In this document: one piece after another, positions 21,216-30,628 of the stretch
Layout of the letters: every line of letters begins with the position of its first letter
Numbering within the stretch: position 1 is the first letter of the stretch
Assembly (NCBI GenBank): GCA_036381125.1
Contig: DASVDK010000059.1
Coordinates: forward strand, 1 to 53,183
Origin: Thermodesulfobacteriota bacterium
GTDB taxonomy: Bacteria > DASVDK01
DNA length: 53,183 bases
Reading direction: 5' to 3'
Notes under the pieces: model-generated
What the model saw: the letters and a program-made list of their open reading frames with translations, nothing else
The model's database searches: none
What the model was told of the DNA's origin: nothing
Position numbers and translations under genes: made by a program

Positions 21216-21652
21216 GCGCGTGTGGTCCCCTCGTCGCCCGCCTCGAGCTTCTCGAGCATCCGGGCGCGGAACTCGGTGATCTCCTGCCGCAGGGAGGTGA
21301 GCGTCTCGATCCGCTCGTCGATGTCGGCGATGCGTCGGTCGAGCAGCTCGACCAGCCGCGGCAGGACCCGTGCGTTGGTGCGGTGGCGGGCGTAGGCCTG
21401 CTCGAGCTCGAGCATCTCGGCGAGGGTGAGGCCGAGCGCCTTCAGCTTCTTGATGAAGCGCAGGCGGCGGAGGTCGTCGCCCGTGTAGATGCGCTTGCCG
21501 CCCTCCAGGCGGCGGATGGAGTTGAGGAGGCCGATCTCCTCGTAGTAGCGGATGGTGCGCGTCGAGAGGTCGACCAGGCGCGCCAGCTCGCCGATCCCCA
21601 GGACCGTCGTCGGTCGCGCGCCATTCCTCGTGAGCGATCGGCTCACCGCCAC
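21212..21652 (-). CDS. MerR-family transcriptional regulator (LiuR-like context)
   Basis: IGELA...STRTIRYYEEIGLL...RIY...LRFIKKLKALGLTLAEM plus coiled coil; GGGAGG RBS. Confidence 0.92.
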   Translation of the reverse strand: MAVSRSLTRNGARPTTVLGIGELARLVDLSTRTIRYYEEIGLLNSIRRLEGGKRIYTGDDLRRLRFIKKLKALGLTLAEMLELEQAYARHRTNARVLPRLVELLDRRIADIDERIETLTSLRQEITEFRARMLEKLEAGDEGTTRA

Positions 21653-21715
21653 GTCGGCCTCCCGGAGCGCGGGTCAGGTGCCGTTGCACCTCGGCAACGC
21701 CCCGATTTTCCGAGG

Positions 21716-21745
21716 ATTGTAGCCTCGTTAGCCGGGCAGGGTCAA
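21716..21745 (-). promoter_or_regulatory. Putative sigma70 promoter of the merR-led acyl-CoA operon
   Basis: Minus strand TTGACC (21745-21740), 18 nt spacer, TACAAT (21721-21716). Confidence 0.65.
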
Positions 21746-21974
21746 GCCGTGTTTGCCAGTTCACGTCAAGTGGGAAGGCCGGGCCGGCGCACGGTCCGGC
21801 CGCTATACTGCCTGCATGAGCAGGCCGGGCGGCGCGCCTTGCCGCCGACCGCGCGCGGCACCGCCCGCGTCGAGTGCCGGAAGGATCGGGACGTGACAGC
21901 GGCGCGGGCCGACCTCGTGGAGGCCGCGGCCGGCTTCGACAGGTGGTCTGCGCGAAGAGTCAGGAGGGCCGGAC

Positions 21975-22997
21975 GTGGAGCCGATCGTCATCGACGGCTC
22001 GCAGGGCGAAGGGGGCGGACAGGTCCTCCGCACCGCCCTCGCCCTCTCGGTCGTCACGCACACGCCGTTCCGGATGGAGCGGATCCGGGCGAGGCGGTCC
22101 CGGCCCGGCCTCCTGCGCCAGCACCTCGCCGCGGTCAGGGCGGCCGCCGCGATCTGCGGCGCGGAGGTACGCGACGCGGACCTCGGCTCGACGGAGATCG
22201 CCTTCAGCCCGGGGCCCGTGACGCCGGGGGCGCACCGCTTCGCCGTCGGCTCGGCCGGGAGCGCCTGCCTGGTGCTGCAGACCGTCCTGCCGCCGCTCCT
22301 CACGGCGGCGGGGGCGTCCACCCTCACGCTCGAGGGGGGGACGCACAACCCCGCGGCGCCGCCGTTCGACTTCCTCGCGAAGGCCTTCCTGCCGCTGGTC
22401 GGCCGGATGGGCCCGCGGATCGAGGCGTCGCTCGAGCGGTACGGGTTCTTCCCGGCCGGCGGCGGCCGGTTCACGGTGCGGATCGAGTCGGCGCCCCGAC
22501 TCGCCCGGCTCGACCTGCGCGAGCGCGGCGAGATCACCGGCCGGCGGGCGCACATCCTCATCGCGAACCTCCCCCGGACGATCGCCGAGCGCGAGGCGGC
22601 CGTCCTGCGCGCGGCGCTCGGCTGGGAGGCTTCGGCGTACGCGATCGAGACGATCGCGGGGAGCCCCGGTCCCGGCAACGTCGTCATGCTCGAGGTCGCG
22701 GCCGAGCACGTCACCGAGGTCTTCACCGGATTCGGGCAGCGCGGGATACGGGCCGAGGCCGTCGCCGCCGGCGCGGCCGAGGCCTGTCGAGCGTGGCTCG
22801 CCGCCGGCGTGCCGGTCGGCGAGCACCTGGCCGATCAGCTCCTCGTGCCGATGGCGCTGGCCGGCGGGGGCTCCTTCCGGACGCTCCCGCTCTCGCTCCA
22901 CGCGACGACGAACATCGACGTCGTGCGGCGCTTCCTCGACGTGGGGATCCGGACGACGCCGGCCGAGGATCGGACGGTCCTCGTCGAGGTCGGCTGA
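21975..22997 (+). CDS. rtcA: RNA 3'-terminal phosphate cyclase
   Basis: IDGSQGEGGGQVLRTAL, RSRPGLLRQHL, GGTHNP, GFFPAGGG, active-site EHLADQL; AGGAGG RBS. Confidence 0.95.
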   Translation: MEPIVIDGSQGEGGGQVLRTALALSVVTHTPFRMERIRARRSRPGLLRQHLAAVRAAAAICGAEVRDADLGSTEIAFSPGPVTPGAHRFAVGSAGSACLVLQTVLPPLLTAAGASTLTLEGGTHNPAAPPFDFLAKAFLPLVGRMGPRIEASLERYGFFPAGGGRFTVRIESAPRLARLDLRERGEITGRRAHILIANLPRTIAEREAAVLRAALGWEASAYAIETIAGSPGPGNVVMLEVAAEHVTEVFTGFGQRGIRAEAVAAGAAEACRAWLAAGVPVGEHLADQLLVPMALAGGGSFRTLPLSLHATTNIDVVRRFLDVGIRTTPAEDRTVLVEVG

Positions 22998-23050
22998 TGG
23001 GGTCCGGTCCGCCGCGCGTCTCGGCCGCGCAATGGGCTCTGCACTGCGCT

Positions 23051-23407
23051 CTAGTGAGCCAGCCGTCGCGCCGCCGCGCGGGCGTCGTCGGGGAGCGGGT
23101 CGCCGAAGCTCGCGTCCCAGAGGGCCGACAGGAGCAGCCCGCCGTCCGGGTCGGCCGTGAGCGGGTCGAGGTCGAGGAAGTCCCCCGCCACCATGGCGAA
23201 CGCCCATCGCCGGCGGTCGTCCCCTCGCCCCTCGTAGGCCAGCAGCCCGCGCGCCACGTCGGCGGTCGTCGGCGCGACGCGGACGTCGTTCGGGTCCACG
23301 AGCACCATCGGTCCCTCGATCGTGAGGCCGACGCCGGCCTGCCGCAGGTCCTCGAGCGGCCGCTCGCCCCTGAGGACCGCGAGGACGATCGCCTCGCGCC
23401 CGCTCAT
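23051..23407 (-). CDS. Hypothetical protein
   Basis: ATG overlaps the DMT stop (ATGA); protein-like composition; no recognised motif. Confidence 0.6.
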   Translation of the reverse strand: MSGREAIVLAVLRGERPLEDLRQAGVGLTIEGPMVLVDPNDVRVAPTTADVARGLLAYEGRGDDRRRWAFAMVAGDFLDLDPLTADPDGGLLLSALWDASFGDPLPDDARAAARRLAH

Positions 23408-24303
23408 CGCGCGTCGCCTCTCGTCGGCGCCATCACGAGCAGGAGGGCGCCGAGGAGCAGCGCCGCCCCGATCGCGCCTCGCGCCCCGAGCGACTCCCCG
23501 AAGGCGACGACGCCGAGCGCCGTGGCGGTCAGCGGCTCGAGGAGCGTCGCGATGCCGGCGGCCGTGGCCGGCACGCGGGAGAGGCCGCTCGTGTAGAGCG
23601 CGTAGGCCAAGGCGGTCGGCACGACCCCGAGGTAGAGGAAGAGCGGCCAGCCGCGCCGGAGCTGGTCGCCGAGCGCCCCCTCGGCGAGGCCGACGCTCGG
23701 CACGAGCGCCGCGGCCGCGATGGTGAACGTGACCGCCGCCAGGCCGAGCGGGCCTCCCTCACGTCCCGGCGGCGCGCCGGCCAGGCCGCGCTTGGTCACG
23801 ACGGCGTAGAGGGCGTACGAGAAGCCGGCGCCGAGGGCGAGCGCCACCCCGCCGAGGAGCCGTGGCGTCAGCTCCCCGATCGCCCTCGGCCCGAGGACGA
23901 GGAGCGCGGTGCCGGCCACGCCGGCGACCAGGGAGACGGCGATGCGGGCGGTGAGCCGCTCGCCGAGCCCTGCCGCCGCCATGACGGCGATCATGAGCGG
24001 CGCCGAGCAGATGGCGACGAGCGCCGTAAGCGCGACGCCCGACCGCGGAACGGCGAGGAAGTAGCAGACCTGGTACGCGCTCATGCAGAGCCCGGCCAGC
24101 ACGGCCGCGCCCGGCGACACCACCCGCAGGGGCCCCTCCAGGATCCGGGCGATGACGACGAGCACGGGGGAGGCGACCGCGAGCCGCATGACGCCGACCA
24201 GGAGCGGATCGGCCGAGGCGCCCCGCGCGAGGAGCGCCATGGTCGCGCCGGTCGTCCCCCAGGACACCGCCGCGATCGACACGAGGAGGAGACCGGCGAG
24301 CAT
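23404..24303 (-). CDS. DMT/EamA family transporter
   Basis: About 10 hydrophobic segments; SWGTTG, YLGVVPTALAY, LLEPL, FGESL; start 24303 or 24321. Confidence 0.9.
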   Translation of the reverse strand: MLAGLLLVSIAAVSWGTTGATMALLARGASADPLLVGVMRLAVASPVLVVIARILEGPLRVVSPGAAVLAGLCMSAYQVCYFLAVPRSGVALTALVAICSAPLMIAVMAAAGLGERLTARIAVSLVAGVAGTALLVLGPRAIGELTPRLLGGVALALGAGFSYALYAVVTKRGLAGAPPGREGGPLGLAAVTFTIAAAALVPSVGLAEGALGDQLRRGWPLFLYLGVVPTALAYALYTSGLSRVPATAAGIATLLEPLTATALGVVAFGESLGARGAIGAALLLGALLLVMAPTRGDAR

Positions 24304-24325
24304 GGCAGGCCACGGTACCACGCCG

Positions 24326-24366
24326 TTGACCGCTGCGCGGGCGGACCGTTATCTTGGGGCTGAGAT
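24326..24366 (+). promoter_or_regulatory. Promoter plus operator of the MarR gene
   Basis: TTGACC (24326-24331), 18 nt, TATCTT; imperfect palindrome ATCTTGGGGCTGAGAT (24351-24366) covering the -10 and start codon. Confidence 0.6.
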
Positions 24367-24916
24367 GCTCACGAAGCAGACACGCGAGCGCGGCCGCGCG
24401 ACCGGCGTGGACGAGCCCACCGCCACGGCCCTCAAGCTCTGGGTCGTCCTGTCCCGGGCGCACGCGTCGGTGCTCGGCCACGCCCAGGCCGATGCCGCCC
24501 GGCACGGCCTCACCCTGGCGGAGTTCGGCATCCTCGAGGCGCTCTACCACAAGGGCCCGCTCCTCCTCGGCCAGGTGCAGCGGACGCTCCTGGTCTCGAG
24601 CGGCGGCACCACGTTCCTCGTCGACCGGCTCGAGCGCAAGGGGCTCGTGGAGCGACGCGACTGCCCGGGCGATCGGCGCGCCCGGTACGCGGTGCTGACC
24701 CCCAGGGGCGAGCGGCTCGTGCGGGAGATCTTCCCCGCGCACGCCGACGCGATCCGCCGCGCCGTCTCGGGGCTCACGCCGGCGGAGCAGCGGCAGGCAA
24801 CCACCCTCCTGCGTGCGCTCGGTCGGACCGCGGCCGAGGGCGGCGCGTCGGGGAGCCGCACCCGGCGCGCCCGCTCCCGCCGGCCGGCGGTCGACGGCCG
24901 GCCGGCGGGGGCTTGA
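24365..24916 (+). CDS. MarR-family regulator (MhqR-like)
   Basis: ALKLWVVLSRA, GLTLAEFGILEALYHKGP, VDRLERKGLVER...DRR...LTPRG; ATG at 24365. Confidence 0.9.
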   Translation: MLTKQTRERGRATGVDEPTATALKLWVVLSRAHASVLGHAQADAARHGLTLAEFGILEALYHKGPLLLGQVQRTLLVSSGGTTFLVDRLERKGLVERRDCPGDRRARYAVLTPRGERLVREIFPAHADAIRRAVSGLTPAEQRQATTLLRALGRTAAEGGASGSRTRRARSRRPAVDGRPAGA

Positions 24917-24955
24917 CGCGCAGTCGCCGCGGGTCTAGCGTCTCAGTACTGAGAT
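24913..24955 (+). promoter_or_regulatory. Promoter plus operator of the pirin gene
   Basis: TTGACG (24913-24918), 17 nt, TAGCGT (24936-24941); palindrome GTCTCAGTACTGAGAT (24940-24955). Confidence 0.65.
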
Positions 24956-25004
24956 ATTGGTCGGCCGCCGCGGCGCCCGACCGGCACCGGTCAAGGAGGC
25001 TGTC

Positions 25005-25901
25005 ATGACCACGCAGGCGGCTCGTACGGTCACCCAGGTCGTCCCGAGCACACGGACCCTCGAGGGGGCCGGCTTCCCGGTCCGCCGTCCCTTCCCTACC
25101 CCGGCCCTCGACCACATCGACCCGTTCCTCCTGCTCGACGAGATGGGGCCGGTGCGCTACGGCCCCGGCGAGGCCAGGGGAGCGCCCGACCATCCCCACC
25201 GCGGCTTCGAGACGGTGACCTACCTGCTCGCCGGCCGCATGCGCCACGGCGACTCGCAGGGCAACCGGGGCGTCCTCGGTCCGGGCGACGTCCAGTGGAT
25301 GACGGCCGGCTCCGGCGTCGTGCACTCGGAGATGCCCGACCCCGAGCTGCTCGAGCGAGGCGGCCCGTTGCACGGCTTCCAGCTCTGGGTGAACCTGCCG
25401 GCGAGGGACAAGATGATCCGCCCGCGCTACCAGGACACGCCGTCGGCGCGGATCCCCCTCGTCACGAGCGCGGACGGCCGGGTCCGGGCGAAGGTCATCG
25501 CCGGCGAGGCGCTCGGCGCCGCCGCGGTCATCGAGACCCGCACGCCGATCCTCTACGTCCACTTCACGCTCGAGCCGGGCGCCGAGGTCGAGCAGCCGGT
25601 GCGCGCCGACTTCAACGTCTTCGCCTACCCGTTCGTCGGCGCCCTCCTCGCCGGCGCAGACGGCCGCCGGATCGAGGAGGGCGCGGCCGCGATCTTCTCG
25701 AGGGATGGCGCCGTGGTGCGGCTTGCCGCGCCGGCCGACGCGCCCGGGGCGGTCGAGGCGCTCCTCGTCGGGGGACAGCCGCTCGGCGAGCCGGTGGCAC
25801 GCTACGGTCCGTTCGTGATGAACACCCGCGCCGAGCTGGAGCAGGCGTTCGAGGACTTCCGCAGCGGCCGCTTCGGCACGATCCCCGCGCAGGTCGGCTA
25901 G
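25005..25901 (+). CDS. Pirin family protein
   Basis: DPFLLLDE, HPHRGFETVTY, QWMTAGSGVVHSE, QLWVNLP, YGPFVMNT; AAGGAGG RBS. Confidence 0.95.
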   Translation: MTTQAARTVTQVVPSTRTLEGAGFPVRRPFPTPALDHIDPFLLLDEMGPVRYGPGEARGAPDHPHRGFETVTYLLAGRMRHGDSQGNRGVLGPGDVQWMTAGSGVVHSEMPDPELLERGGPLHGFQLWVNLPARDKMIRPRYQDTPSARIPLVTSADGRVRAKVIAGEALGAAAVIETRTPILYVHFTLEPGAEVEQPVRADFNVFAYPFVGALLAGADGRRIEEGAAAIFSRDGAVVRLAAPADAPGAVEALLVGGQPLGEPVARYGPFVMNTRAELEQAFEDFRSGRFGTIPAQVG

Positions 25902-26088
25902 GCCGTGGCTGCGGAGCCGCGGGGCACGGCTCTGGCACGGGCCTCCCGCCGCGCCGCGTCGTCAGGTCGTTGGGACCGCCCCGGTCGGCGGTCCCTCTCG
26001 GCTCCTGTCCCGACGTGCCGCCCACGGACCGGCGTCACGGCGCCCGCGTGCCGGAAAACGAGAGAGGTCGGACCCCGGCATTACCCCC

Positions 26089-27336
26089 TCAGCTCCAGAC
26101 GCGCCGGTCGTCGAGCCGCTTGTAGCGCTCGGGGAATGTCCCGGGCGGCACGGCGGCGACCGCGTCGACGCGCAGCTTGAGCACGTCGCGCAGCCTGGCA
26201 GCGAGCGCCTGCTCGTCGACCGGGCCTCTGGTCTCCACCTCGCAGGTGAGGACGTCCTGGTGACCGGTGCGCGTCACGACGAGCCGGTAGCGGGCCACCG
26301 CCGGGAACTCGGCCACGACGCCGTCGGCCTCCTTCGCGTGGACGAACAGGCCGCGCACCTTGACCGCGTCGCCGACGCGGCCCGCCATCCGGACGAGCCG
26401 GCTCGACGTCCGCCCGCAGGGGCAGGGCGCGTGCGAGACGACCGAGAGGTCGCCCGTGCCGAAGCGGATGAGCGGGTACGCCGGGGCGCCGATGGCGGTG
26501 GCCACGACCTGGCCCACCTCCCCTTCGACTACCGGGCGGCCGGTCTCGAGGTCGACCACGTCCACGAGGATGTCGTCCGCGACGTGCATCCCCTGGCGCG
26601 CCGCGCACTCGTAGGCGACGAGCCCGAGGTCCGCGGTGATGTACGCCTGGTACGCCTCGACGCCGAAGTCGTCGCGCAGGCGGGCGCGCAGGCTCTCGGG
26701 GAACATCTCGCCGCTCACGAGCGCCCGCGACAGCCGGCGCCGGTCGCGGCCGATGCCGAGCTCCTCCGCCTTCTCGAGGATCGCCGCGAGGAACGAGGGG
26801 ATCCCGAAGAAGCCGGTCACGCCGGCCTGCTCGAGCAGCCGGGCCTGCGTCTCGGTGTTGCCCACGCCGCCGGGGATCACGATGCCGCCGAGCGGGTGGA
26901 CGCCGTCGTCGCCCATGTGCCCGGCGGGCGTGAGGTGATAGGCGAACGTGTTGAGGACGATGTCGCCCGCGCGGAACCCGGCGGCGAAGAACGCGCGGGC
27001 GGTGCGCCAGTACCCCGGCCCGGCGGCCGGCTCCATGATCGGCCCCGGCGAGAGGAAGAGGTAGCGGTACCGCTCGATCGGCATCCCCTGCCAGCCGCCG
27101 AGCGGCGGCTCGGCGCGCTGCAGCGCGGGGAGGTCCTCCTTGCGCGTGATGGGGAGCGCCGCGAGGTCGCCTCGCTCGCGGATCGACGACGGGTCGACGC
27201 CGGCGCGCTCGAAGAGCCGCCGCGCCGCGGGGGCGTTGGCGACCGCGTGGGCGACGAGCGCGCGCAGGGCGGCGGCCTCCCGGGCCGCGCGCTCGGCGGG
27301 GGGCGCCGCCTCGCCCGGGTCGTAGAAAGCCGTCAT
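26089..27336 (-). CDS. Phenylacetate-CoA ligase-like (PaaK family) acyl-CoA ligase
   Basis: LPITRKEDL, FAYHLTPAG, SGE, PLIRFGTGDL, CPCGRT, GRVGDAVKVRG. Confidence 0.85.
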   Translation of the reverse strand: MTAFYDPGEAAPPAERAAREAAALRALVAHAVANAPAARRLFERAGVDPSSIRERGDLAALPITRKEDLPALQRAEPPLGGWQGMPIERYRYLFLSPGPIMEPAAGPGYWRTARAFFAAGFRAGDIVLNTFAYHLTPAGHMGDDGVHPLGGIVIPGGVGNTETQARLLEQAGVTGFFGIPSFLAAILEKAEELGIGRDRRRLSRALVSGEMFPESLRARLRDDFGVEAYQAYITADLGLVAYECAARQGMHVADDILVDVVDLETGRPVVEGEVGQVVATAIGAPAYPLIRFGTGDLSVVSHAPCPCGRTSSRLVRMAGRVGDAVKVRGLFVHAKEADGVVAEFPAVARYRLVVTRTGHQDVLTCEVETRGPVDEQALAARLRDVLKLRVDAVAAVPPGTFPERYKRLDDRRVWS

Positions 27337-27400
27337 GACAGCCACCTCCGGCGCCCACGGCCCCGGGCCCGTCGGCCGGCGCGGGCAGCCTCGCGTGTCC

Positions 27401-28216
27401 TCACATGTACCGCTTGCGCCGCCGGTACGCCTTGACCTCTCGGTAGCTCTTGCGGCTCCCCCCCTCCGTGAGCCCCAGGTAGAACTCCTTCACGTCGGGG
27501 TTGGCCTTGAGCCACTCCGCGGACCCTTCCAGGACGATCCGCCCGTTCTCCATGATGTAGCCGTAGCGGGCGAGGTTCAGGGCCATGCGGGCATTCTGCT
27601 CCACGAGGAGGATCGTCGTCCCCTCCCGCCGGTTGATCTCCTCCACGATCGCGAAGATCTCCTGCACGAGGAGGGGCGCGAGCCCCAGCGACGGCTCGTC
27701 GAGGAGGAGGAGGGTCGGCTGCGCCATCAGCGCGGGGCCGATGGCGAGCATCTGCTGCTCCCCGCCGGAGCAGTAGCCGGCCAGGCGCCGCCTGAGTTCG
27801 GCCAGCCGCGGGAAGTAGTGGTAGACGCGGTCGAGGTCGGCGCGGCCGCCCCCGACCGGCGCCGCGCCCCGGGCGTACCGCCCGACCCGAAGGTTCTCCT
27901 CGACGGTCAGGTGCTTGAACACCCGCCGTCCCTCGAGCACCTGGACCACGCCCCGGCGGACGATCCCCTCCGCCGGGACGCTGTCGATTCGCTCGCCGGC
28001 GAGGTGGATCGTCCCGCGCCGGACCCGGCCGTCCTCGGTGAGGAGGAGACCCGACACGGCCTTGAGGGTCGTCGTCTTGCCGGCGCCGTTGGTGCCGAGG
28101 AGGGCGACGATCTCCCCCCGGGGGAGGCGGAGCGACACCCCCTTCAGGACCAGGATGACGTCGTGGTAGACGACCTCGATGTTGTTGATCACCAGGAGGT
28201 CGGCCGGCCGCTCCAC
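27401..28216 (-). CDS. LivF-like ABC ATP-binding protein (operon A)
   Basis: GTNGAGKTT, SGGEQQMLAIG, LLDEPSLGLAP, VEQN. Confidence 0.93.
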   Translation of the reverse strand: MERPADLLVINNIEVVYHDVILVLKGVSLRLPRGEIVALLGTNGAGKTTTLKAVSGLLLTEDGRVRRGTIHLAGERIDSVPAEGIVRRGVVQVLEGRRVFKHLTVEENLRVGRYARGAAPVGGGRADLDRVYHYFPRLAELRRRLAGYCSGGEQQMLAIGPALMAQPTLLLLDEPSLGLAPLLVQEIFAIVEEINRREGTTILLVEQNARMALNLARYGYIMENGRIVLEGSAEWLKANPDVKEFYLGLTEGGSRKSYREVKAYRRRKRYM

Positions 28217-28257
28217 CTCTCCCTCCGGACGTGCCGCCGCTCGCGCCGCCGGCGCGG

Positions 28258-29490
28258 CTACCGGCCCTGCGCGGCGCCGGCCGCCTTGCCGCGCGGCGCG
28301 AACTCGCCGATGTAGTCGAGCCGCTTCGTCCTGGCGTTGAGCCGGTAGAGGAGGACCGCGTCGGCCCCAGCGTGCCGGTCGGGCGTGAACGTGACCGGGA
28401 GGACGAGCCCGCCGGTGTCGAAGTTCCTGAGCGTCTCGAGCCCCGCCTTGATCCCGGCGCCGTCGAGCGTCGGCGCCCGCCTGAGCCCCTCGACGAGGAG
28501 CATCGCCGTCGCGACCCCCTGGGCGTAGTGCGGCGGCCGGGCCTTCTCGTCGGGGCTGTACCGGGCGTTGAGCTGGTGAACGGTCCGGTTCCCCGGGATC
28601 TCCTCGTACCAGGTGCGGGCCGCCGAGGTCGTGATGAAGCCGTCGGCGTTGGCGCCGGCCAGGTGGAGCAGCTCCTCGCCGCCCGCGTAGTGGATCCCGA
28701 GGAACGTGGCCCGCAGGCCGTTGCGCCGCGCGTCGCGCAGGAAGACGGAGAGGGGCGAGGCGACGTTCTGGAAGAGCACGTACTCCGCCCCCGCCCGCCG
28801 AAGCTCGAGGACCTGGCTCGTGGCGTCGAGCACGTCGGCGGCCAGCTCCTGCGACGCGACCGCCTTCATGCCGAGCTCCTGCAGGTACGCCCGGCCGGCC
28901 GCCAGCGGCGAGCGCCCGTAGGGCGAGGGGTGGACGTTGAAGCCGACCTTCGGCGTGGAGGCCCCCTTGTGGAGGGACTTGACGTAGTCGACGAGCACCT
29001 TCATGTGGTCGTCGTACGTCATGCTGAGGAAGAAGTTGTACGCGCCCGGCGCGTCGAGGAGCCCGGCGTGGAAGGAGGCCGAGAGCGTCGGGATGTGGGC
29101 GCGGTTGACCTCCTCCTTGATGGCGAGGTTGGCGCCGGTCCCCCAGGTGATCGCCCCGGCGATCCGGTTCTGCGAGGCGAACTGGCGCAGCGCCGAGAGG
29201 GTCTGCTGCGGGTTGTACTGGTCGTCGGACCAGACCAGCTCGACCCGGACCGGGCCGAGCTTCTGCGTCTCGACCGTCCCCTTCTGCTCGTCCTGCAGCC
29301 AGCGGAAGTAGTGGAGCGCGCCGTCGGCGTAGTGGCGGCCGGCGTCGCTGGTCGGCCCCGTCCAGGTGCCGATCAGGCCGAAGGTCACCGTGCGCGCCTC
29401 GGCCCCGATCGCGACGGCCGGCACGAGCGCGGCCAGTGCCGACACGACCAGGACGAGAAGAGAGGCGCCGAGCGTTCTCGCGCGAAGCAT
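28258..29490 (-). CDS. LivK-like ABC substrate-binding protein (operon A), Sec-type signal
   Basis: Hydrophobic signal ending AEA; TGPTS, DDQYNP, WGTG, FDTGGL; AAAGGAGGAG RBS. Confidence 0.88.
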   Translation of the reverse strand: MLRARTLGASLLVLVVSALAALVPAVAIGAEARTVTFGLIGTWTGPTSDAGRHYADGALHYFRWLQDEQKGTVETQKLGPVRVELVWSDDQYNPQQTLSALRQFASQNRIAGAITWGTGANLAIKEEVNRAHIPTLSASFHAGLLDAPGAYNFFLSMTYDDHMKVLVDYVKSLHKGASTPKVGFNVHPSPYGRSPLAAGRAYLQELGMKAVASQELAADVLDATSQVLELRRAGAEYVLFQNVASPLSVFLRDARRNGLRATFLGIHYAGGEELLHLAGANADGFITTSAARTWYEEIPGNRTVHQLNARYSPDEKARPPHYAQGVATAMLLVEGLRRAPTLDGAGIKAGLETLRNFDTGGLVLPVTFTPDRHAGADAVLLYRLNARTKRLDYIGEFAPRGKAAGAAQGR

Positions 29491-29510
29491 GGGAGTCTCC
29501 TCCTTTGTGC

Positions 29511-30560
29511 CTAGTACCGGAAGGGCCAGAGGTTCACGTAGCTCTTCACCACCCGCCACCGGTCGGCGAGCCCCTCGGGCTCGAACACGAGGAAGCCGAC
29601 GACCACCAGCCCGAAGACCGCGTACCTGAGCCCGATCAGGACGCTCGAGACCTGCGGCATCATCTGGGAGAGGGCGTCGGCCGCCACGCGCAGGCCCTCG
29701 GGCAGGAGCGTCATGAGGGCGGCGCCGAGCACCGAGCCGACGACGCTCCCCATCCCGCCGACGATGATCATCGCGAGGTACTCCACCGACAGCATCAGGG
29801 TGAACCGCTCCGCGGACACCACCCCCGTCAGGTAGGCCCACAACCCTCCGGCGACCCCCACGCAGAAGGCGCTCAGCGAGAAGGCCAGGAGCTTGTAACC
29901 GAAGACCGGGACGCCCATCGCGGCCGCGGCACGGTCGTTGTCCCGGATCGCGACGAACGCCCGGCCGAACCGGCTCCGCAGGAGGTTCACGGAGGCCCAG
30001 ACGAAGAGCACCGCCGAGGCCAGCACCAGGTAGTACAGGGCCCGATCCGACGCGAGCGGCAGCCCGGGCAGCGACGGCCGCGGCACCCGCAGGTAGGAGG
30101 TCCCGCCGCCGCTGCTGTCGTAGAGGTTGAACGCGAACTCGAGGAGGACCTGCGCCGCCAGCGTCGCCAGGGCGAGGTAGAGCCCCTTCACGCGCAGCGA
30201 CGGGATCCCGAACACGACGCCGACCGCGGCGGTGGCGAGCCCCGCGAGCGGCAGCGCCAGCCAGAACGGCAGTCCCGCCCCGGCCAGGATCCCGGTCGCG
30301 TACGCGCCGACCCCCATGAAGGCGCCGTGGCCGAGGGAGATCTGGCCGGTGCTGCCGGTCAGCAGGTTGAGGCCGAGGGTGCCGATGACGAAGATCCCGA
30401 CGAGGCTCGCGAGGTAGACGAGGTAGTCCCCCAGCGCGAGCGGCAGCAGGGCGAGCCCCGCCACCACGGCCGCCATGCAGAGCGGCCCCAGGTCGGTCGC
30501 GAAGACCCTCAGGTCGTCCTCGTATCGCGTCCGGTAGGTCCCGCACACGTGGAACCGCAC
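29511..30560 (-). CDS. LivM-like ABC permease (operon A)
   Basis: GLNLLTGSTGQISLGHGAF, GLYLALATLA, AIRDN, GGMGS. Confidence 0.92.
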   Translation of the reverse strand: MRFHVCGTYRTRYEDDLRVFATDLGPLCMAAVVAGLALLPLALGDYLVYLASLVGIFVIGTLGLNLLTGSTGQISLGHGAFMGVGAYATGILAGAGLPFWLALPLAGLATAAVGVVFGIPSLRVKGLYLALATLAAQVLLEFAFNLYDSSGGGTSYLRVPRPSLPGLPLASDRALYYLVLASAVLFVWASVNLLRSRFGRAFVAIRDNDRAAAAMGVPVFGYKLLAFSLSAFCVGVAGGLWAYLTGVVSAERFTLMLSVEYLAMIIVGGMGSVVGSVLGAALMTLLPEGLRVAADALSQMMPQVSSVLIGLRYAVFGLVVVGFLVFEPEGLADRWRVVKSYVNLWPFRY

Positions 30561-30628
30561 GCTCCGCCTCCGAAATCCGGGCCGGGCCGCGCCGCCCGCG
30601 CCGCGGCGCGAGCCGCCGGTCGCCGGGG

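Noticed and set aside
25933..25950. TGGCACGG as a sigma54 promoter
   Set aside because: No TTGC -12 element, and it lies between convergent genes
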